64,000 nt of DNA, from contig JBEKOM010000001.1 of the NCBI GenBank assembly GCA_049521795.1, positions 726,452 to 790,451 on the forward strand. Direction: 5' to 3'. Below the pieces are notes generated by a model that saw only the letters and a list, made by a program, of their open reading frames with translations, did not search any database and was not told the DNA's origin. The stretch comes from Candidatus Bathyarchaeia archaeon. Lineage in GTDB: Archaea; Thermoproteota; Bathyarchaeia; Bathyarchaeales; Bathycorpusculaceae. Below, piece by piece: positions 59,372-64,000 of the stretch; within the stretch, counting starts at the first letter, position 1; every line of letters begins with the position of its first letter. Both the position numbers and the translations under genes were made by a program.

Positions 59372-59473
59372 TTATAAGCGGCATCGTATAGGTTAAATTT
59401 ATTGATGCCATTGTGTTATTGAAAATAGTTTTGCGCGCGCTAGTTATGTCACGCGCAAATATCTTTTTCCAGT

Positions 59474-60346
59474 TTACGCTGGTTTCTTGAAGTATGTTTT
59501 TCCGTTTGCTTGGCATACTAAGATGCAGTCGTCTTGGATGCATTGTTTAATTTCTTCGTCTGTTTCTGCGATTACAGGTACCCATGTTATATTTTTCTCG
59601 TCAAATAGGCTGATATATCGCTCTGTGCTTCGCGTGTCTTTGTGTCCTAAAATCTCTTTAACTAAGAGTAACTTTCCCGATAGGTGATATTCCTTTGATG
59701 CTTTGAAGCGTCTAAAGTCATAAAGCTGTATTTGCTTGAGTTCTGGCATATCATATTCGTTTGCTATTCTATTCCGATAGTGTCGATAGTTATTTGATAG
59801 ATTCTCTGATTTCATTTTGAATAGTCTGTTATTTGGTTTAAGGTTCTTCTTTTTGATGTAGATTTTCAAGAGGTCTAAGGACTTGTTCTTTAGTTTGCCG
59901 TCTCTTCCAACAGTGTGTTTAGCTCCTGTGATTGATACGATTCCTGTGGATAGGTCTATGTCTTTGACTGTCAGCCACGTTAATTCTATAGGTCTTTGTC
60001 CGAGGTCTTTTGACATTGATAGTTTTAGTGCCATCTCTATTCTTGTGTGATTAATTAAGAAGTCAACAAGTTCCTCTTTTGGCGCTCTTCGCTTTTTATC
60101 GTATCGCTGATAAAAGGGCTGTTCCCATGTTAGCCCTTCTGAGTTTATGTAACATGCGTATGCTTCTACCAAGTTTTCTTTGTGTCCGTTTCCACACGCT
60201 TTGTCTGCTATGTACAGCTTGACTTCTTCAGGTTCGGTTGTGTTGCAGTTTCTCTTTAGATGTCTTAATAACTTGGCCACTTTTTTAATGGTTGATTCTT
60301 CATAGGCGTTTCGTTTCATCCAGAGCATTACTTTAACGATACTCAT
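59474..60346 (-). CDS. int: Tyrosine recombinase/integrase int(C); frame stays open to attR at 60396
   Basis: Catalytic set R (GQRPIEL), K (GAKH), YDFRR (Y in place of H), LGH, Y (TERY). Confidence 0.92.
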   Translation of the reverse strand: MSIVKVMLWMKRNAYEESTIKKVAKLLRHLKRNCNTTEPEEVKLYIADKACGNGHKENLVEAYACYINSEGLTWEQPFYQRYDKKRRAPKEELVDFLINHTRIEMALKLSMSKDLGQRPIELTWLTVKDIDLSTGIVSITGAKHTVGRDGKLKNKSLDLLKIYIKKKNLKPNNRLFKMKSENLSNNYRHYRNRIANEYDMPELKQIQLYDFRRFKASKEYHLSGKLLLVKEILGHKDTRSTERYISLFDEKNITWVPVIAETDEEIKQCIQDDCILVCQANGKTYFKKPA

Positions 60347-60374
60347 ATCTGACTGGGATGTTGTTCTATCTACG

Positions 60375-60396
60375 GGGGATGATGTCGCCGTCCCAG
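60375..60396 (+). repeat. attR direct repeat
   Basis: Identical to 52286-52307. Confidence 0.92.
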
Positions 60397-60436
60397 TCTG
60401 ATTGTAGAGATGAAGAGCTTATGACGGACAGACCCC
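60375..60436 (+). ncRNA. Box C/D methylation guide sRNA; D' guide predicted for 23S rRNA Gm2251 (E. coli numbering)
   Basis: GGGG-AUGAUGU-CGCCGUCCCAGU-CUGA-UUGUAGAG-AUGAAGA-GCUUAUGACGGA-CAGA-CCCC; 62 nt, two 12-nt guides, terminal stem. Confidence 0.8.
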
Positions 60437-60441
60437 AACAC

Positions 60442-61164
60442 TCACACGGCTTGCGAGCGTAGTCGCGTTCTAAGCGCCTTTTTCCTTTTCAGTCCGAAAA
60501 CCAGAGCCAGAATCATCCCTGCGATGAACCCGCCTATGTGCGCAAAGTACGCGACTCCGCTTGCCACGTCATAGAATCCTAGGAGCCACTGCAATACAAA
60601 CCAAAACCCCAGAAACAAGATCGCTGGCAAAGGTATTATGACGAAGAAGAAAAATGTGAGAATCTTAGCTTTGGGAAAGAGCACTAGGTAAGCGCCTAGT
60701 ACTCCTGAAATCGCTCCAGAGGCCCCGAGGACGCCTACCGTCAAATCCGAAGGGATAGTAACGCCGAAAATGCTGCTTATCGCAGGAGCATACACTAATG
60801 CGGCAACGTAGACGAGGGCCGCGGCCAACCCGGCTGCGAGATAGAAGACCAGGTAGCCGACGTGGCCGAAAACGGCTTCGATATTGTCGCCGAACACGTA
60901 GAGGAAGAGCATGTTCCCGAGCAAGTGAAGCAGCGTTGCATGCATGAACATTGACGTCAGCAAGGTGTAGAGCATCTGTCCATGGAGGACATCGATTGGT
61001 ACCATGACGAAGTGCGTTTCAAAATACCCTGCTAAGCTGCTTTGAAAGAGGATTCCTTGGCTTGACAGCGCATAGACCGCAAAGATGAGGCTGTTGATAG
61101 CCAACAGCAAGCGATTGATGTGCGGTGTCACTGGAGTTCGATTTAGGTCTTTGATCGGAAGCAA
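60442..61164 (-). CDS. Rhomboid intramembrane serine protease
   Basis: TSMFMH..HLLGNM, GASG, AYFAHIGGF. Confidence 0.93.
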   Translation of the reverse strand: MLPIKDLNRTPVTPHINRLLLAINSLIFAVYALSSQGILFQSSLAGYFETHFVMVPIDVLHGQMLYTLLTSMFMHATLLHLLGNMLFLYVFGDNIEAVFGHVGYLVFYLAAGLAAALVYVAALVYAPAISSIFGVTIPSDLTVGVLGASGAISGVLGAYLVLFPKAKILTFFFFVIIPLPAILFLGFWFVLQWLLGFYDVASGVAYFAHIGGFIAGMILALVFGLKRKKALRTRLRSQAV

Positions 61165-61239
61165 TTGCTGACAACCGATACTGAATAGGGTTCGGCAAAA
61201 TATTTATCCTTTAACAAACCCGCGACGCGGTCAGTTTTC

Positions 61240-61623
61240 CTACCCGCACAAACATTCAACCATCTTTGTGCAGACCAAGCAAGGTTCCGGAATCGGAGTT
61301 CCCTTCTGGCGTTTGTTCAGATACCCGAAGAAGTGTCCGCATGTGAAGTCGCTCACTGGCTCAGCACCGAATTCGCCCGATCCTTTCCGTGGAACCTCGG
61401 ATTTTCTGTCTTCCTCTTTCAAGGCTTCGACGCCGTGGATTCTCGTCATGCAATGCGGACATGCCGGGTACGTCTGTACGCCAACGGATGTTAACACCCT
61501 TGCCAAAATTGGTTTTTGCAACGCTTTTCCACACTTGTCACACTTAGTTCCAGCATGACTTATCGTCTTTGGACAATCATGCTCCAGTTGCCCAGAGCTC
61601 ACGTTTGTTTGCATCGTCATCAC
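61240..61623 (-). CDS. Cys-rich zinc-binding hypothetical protein
   Basis: CDKC, CPHC, CGHFFGYL...PEPCLVC...C. Confidence 0.7.
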   Translation of the reverse strand: MMTMQTNVSSGQLEHDCPKTISHAGTKCDKCGKALQKPILARVLTSVGVQTYPACPHCMTRIHGVEALKEEDRKSEVPRKGSGEFGAEPVSDFTCGHFFGYLNKRQKGTPIPEPCLVCTKMVECLCG

Positions 61624-62259
61624 AGCTTAACCCCATATCTGACATGTTAATATTTAATAAACCTTTTTGGATACTTGTCGAACGAAAAGACACTTAGAAG
61701 GCCCGATTCTATTCTTCGAAGCGCACACTTTATTATGCCCGTTTCTGCCAGGAAGAGTTTCATATGAGTCAACTGTCGGATAGGCTATTTTTGCATGACA
61801 AAACCATGAGGCCGGAGGCGAATTAAACGACAAGCTTAAGAATTGGACATGAAAAGACATAGTATGAAGGCGTATGCCCTGAGGAGAATGGCTGCTTCTT
61901 CCTCGTCTCCTTTCTCCCCACTCCCATTCTCCTCATCCAAAACTGTTATACAAGCCAACATGTTTGCCTTCAACGGGAACATCGAACCTACTCTAGAAAA
62001 GATTTGATCACCATAATCGTGGATGGTGGGTCCGCTCGGACTTAGACCTAAATGGGTTCGAGACCAGCGATCCGTAGCGCGTGTTAAAAAAATGATTCTG
62101 ATGCCTCCAGGAAAGTCAAGGAACGTGTGCGCGCTAGCCACGTTAGGTCATGTTCTATCGAGTCTTCGGTTGATTCTTCTCCCGGTCAAGAATCGGTTGA
62201 TAACTTCGGTAATGGTACTATTGGACATAACCTAACGAGTGGTCGTCAAGTCTAGGATC

Positions 62260-62373
62260 TTACCTTCTCTTCTGTTTCTTTCCTCCACGAGCCCTTCTCG
62301 TTTGATGACCTTTCGCCCTGTCGCGGCGAGTACTCTCGGCGACTTTTCTATAGCGATTCTGTTCTTTACCCAT
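62260..62373 (-). CDS. 37-aa highly basic peptide (MGKEQNRYRKVAESTRRDRAKGHQTRRARGGKKQKRR)
   Basis: Manual translation; GATGTGA SD-like sequence; could be chance. Confidence 0.3.
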   Translation of the reverse strand: MGKEQNRYRKVAESTRRDRAKGHQTRRARGGKKQKRR

Positions 62374-62481
62374 GTTTTCTCACATCACTCTTTAACTGTC
62401 AATAGTACATTTTCCAAAATAAAGCTGTTGCACGTACTCTCTATTTCGCATAACATCTCTTTGACTATTTACAGTTACTGC

Positions 62482-62731
62482 ATGAGCAAGGCAAAAAGAA
62501 AGAAGACTAAGCACCCCCGACGCTGACGACGATGAACAAGAGAAGGAGAGAGAAACCGGGGACATTTTTGATGACAAACAGAGAGAAGAAATGCTGGACG
62601 AAGACGACATTGCCGCTGCCGAAAACGCGTTCATGCAAGGAAAGGAGATGACGCCAGAAAAGAGGAAACGCCCCACATACAAAGACACGGTTTCAGTTGA
62701 ACTCGCTGAAGATGAATACAAAGAAGACTAG
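62482..62731 (+). pseudogene. Small acidic protein interrupted by a +1 frameshift at a C5 run
   Basis: Removing one C at 62514-62518 gives an 82-aa ORF MSKAKRKKTKHPDADDDEQE...EDDIAAAENAFMQG...EDEYKED. Confidence 0.6.
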
Positions 62732-62942
62732 CGCGCGCTACGTGGAGGTCCTTCCAAAGGATGGAGCGAATAGGAGTTAGATCCAAGTCCTTGAATAGAA
62801 GCGTGGAAGAACCTGACCTCTGCATCTGCATCAACACGACGAGGTCGGGCTCTCCAAACGTAAACGGTAATTACTTAATCCATCTGCGCTCTTTGCAAAA
62901 AGAGGGGAGTTGGAAATTTCCAAGTCGGCTCGGTGGCTGCTA

Positions 62943-63662
62943 TTATTTCTGCGCAAGGATTGTCTCTGTCTTGTAGCCTATTCTCCTCCATCCATCGAAT
63001 AAATACGCGTATATCATGTAGAACCCTGTTTCTTTGAGCGTGAACTCAGCGGAGTACCGGGCTTCTTCTCCAACGGGAAGATCCTTTATGTCCATTGCAG
63101 CCTGCTGTTCATTCTTTCCTGAAGGGGTTTCCACCCAGAATTCCAGTTTCAGTTCACCATTCTTTCTCAAGCCCTTAATGGTTGCCTCGACACTTATGGT
63201 CTTTCCAATTGACGCATACGGATTTGAAAGCACCAGTAGGCGACCGATTTCTGCTTTTTCCTCGCTTAAATGGATACGCGTCCAACCTGATTCCCACCAG
63301 AAATAGTCTCCACCAAACTTACGTCCAGTGATTGTAGCGTATACATCAGCTGATCCTATTGCATTAACCCGGAAAACCAATTCTTTCTCCTTGTTCGGTC
63401 CCAACTCCGTAATGTATTGTCCAGCCCCAACCCACCATGTTCCATGAACTGATAGATTATATGTGTCCAGAGAGTGCAATTGTACGTCAAGGTGTTTAAG
63501 AGTTTCACGTCCTATGTTTTTCACTTTCAATGTTACCCAGTTAGTTCCTTTCTCTACTTCCGTAGGATTTAATTCATACTCGATAGGATGCTTATACCTC
63601 AACACTCTTTTCACCTCCATCCGCTTGAGATTCTTGGCGTGTGCACTGTGCAATTCGGGCAC
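62943..63662 (-). CDS. Hypothetical protein with two Ig/CARDB-like beta-sandwich domains
   Basis: VTLKVKNIG...LGPNKEKELVF; ISVEATIK...ETGFYMIYAYL; start uncertain. Confidence 0.7.
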   Translation of the reverse strand: MPELHSAHAKNLKRMEVKRVLRYKHPIEYELNPTEVEKGTNWVTLKVKNIGRETLKHLDVQLHSLDTYNLSVHGTWWVGAGQYITELGPNKEKELVFRVNAIGSADVYATITGRKFGGDYFWWESGWTRIHLSEEKAEIGRLLVLSNPYASIGKTISVEATIKGLRKNGELKLEFWVETPSGKNEQQAAMDIKDLPVGEEARYSAEFTLKETGFYMIYAYLFDGWRRIGYKTETILAQK

Positions 63663-64000
63663 TTTGGCATAATTTGCAGCCTTTCAAAGTTATAGACAGC
63701 ATCACTATATATCATTTCCATGACGCCTTCGCCAGTAAATCTCAAGTGCTACTTGCCATGCGCGCACGCGTCCATCGGATTCTAGCCATAGGTTCTGTTC
63801 TGTACTTCAGTCAAAGCTTTCCCATAACTCCATGTTCTTCCTGCGCTCTCGGAAAAACATCAGTCCTGGGTTTTGCGTCTCCACAAGTGTTGTCGACTAG
63901 AACTGATGGCCACGTGCTTGTTCTCCAAGAGTCCTCGTTTCCTTGCTTGCACAAGATACTTTGTCATGGTCCCAACACCTAGGCAGGCGTTCTTGGCAAG

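Larger units (their letters stand above)
52744..59440. repeat. Seven dispersed GCGCGCGC(T) motifs in the element
   Basis: Copies at 52744, 53284, 53440, 56074, 56555, 57129 and 59433. Confidence 0.75.
52286..60396. mobile_element. Integrated rolling-circle plasmid-like element (~8.1 kb) with a split tyrosine integrase
   Basis: 22-bp perfect direct repeats, integrase at the right end, HUH Rep, ORFan-rich and more AT-rich content. Confidence 0.9.

Noticed and set aside
6119-61164. Four intramembrane protease classes (presenilin, A24, S2P, rhomboid) in one window
   Set aside because: They are scattered over 55 kb in unrelated contexts; likely coincidence.
638-63982. Numerous short antisense or overlapping ORFs in the six-frame track
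   Set aside because: Shadows of well-supported genes, with no motifs or translation signals.
61654-64000. Second mobile element to the right of the rhomboid gene
   Set aside because: Low coding density and a few GC-run motifs, but no integrase, transposase or terminal repeats are visible within the window.

Overview
Archaeal chromosomal segment, most likely Bathyarchaeia/TACK. This is inferred from the short eL13, augmented Sm protein, archaeal TGT, GGR, PEF-CTERM protein and cofE. 0-18 kb holds two ABC systems, a presenilin/archaemetzincin/beta-CASP/PHP/tgtA run, an M28 peptidase, PAC2, Sm, Lrp, glmU and glmM. 18-44 kb is a cell-surface block: a complete type IV pilus locus, an Ig-repeat adhesin, cofE, a probable S-layer protein and four GT4 glycosyltransferases plus a GT-C-like membrane protein. 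44-52 kb holds an S2P protease, GGR and the rpl15e-rpl13e-DUF54-rnp3-rnp2 cluster. The most notable feature is an ~8.1-kb integrated rolling-circle-type element (52286-60396) bounded by a perfect 22-bp direct repeat. Its attachment site is not a tRNA but the 5' part of a box C/D guide sRNA whose D' guide fits the 23S rRNA P-loop with the N+5 position on G2251 (E. coli numbering). The att site lies inside the tyrosine integrase gene and splits it in frame (SSV1/pTN3 style). The element also carries a HUH Rep, a TIR/NDT-like gene pair and seven dispersed GCGCGCGC(T) motifs. Further candidate structured RNAs lie next to the Sm gene and in the rpl15e leader. All calls come from reading the sequence; no database searches were run.
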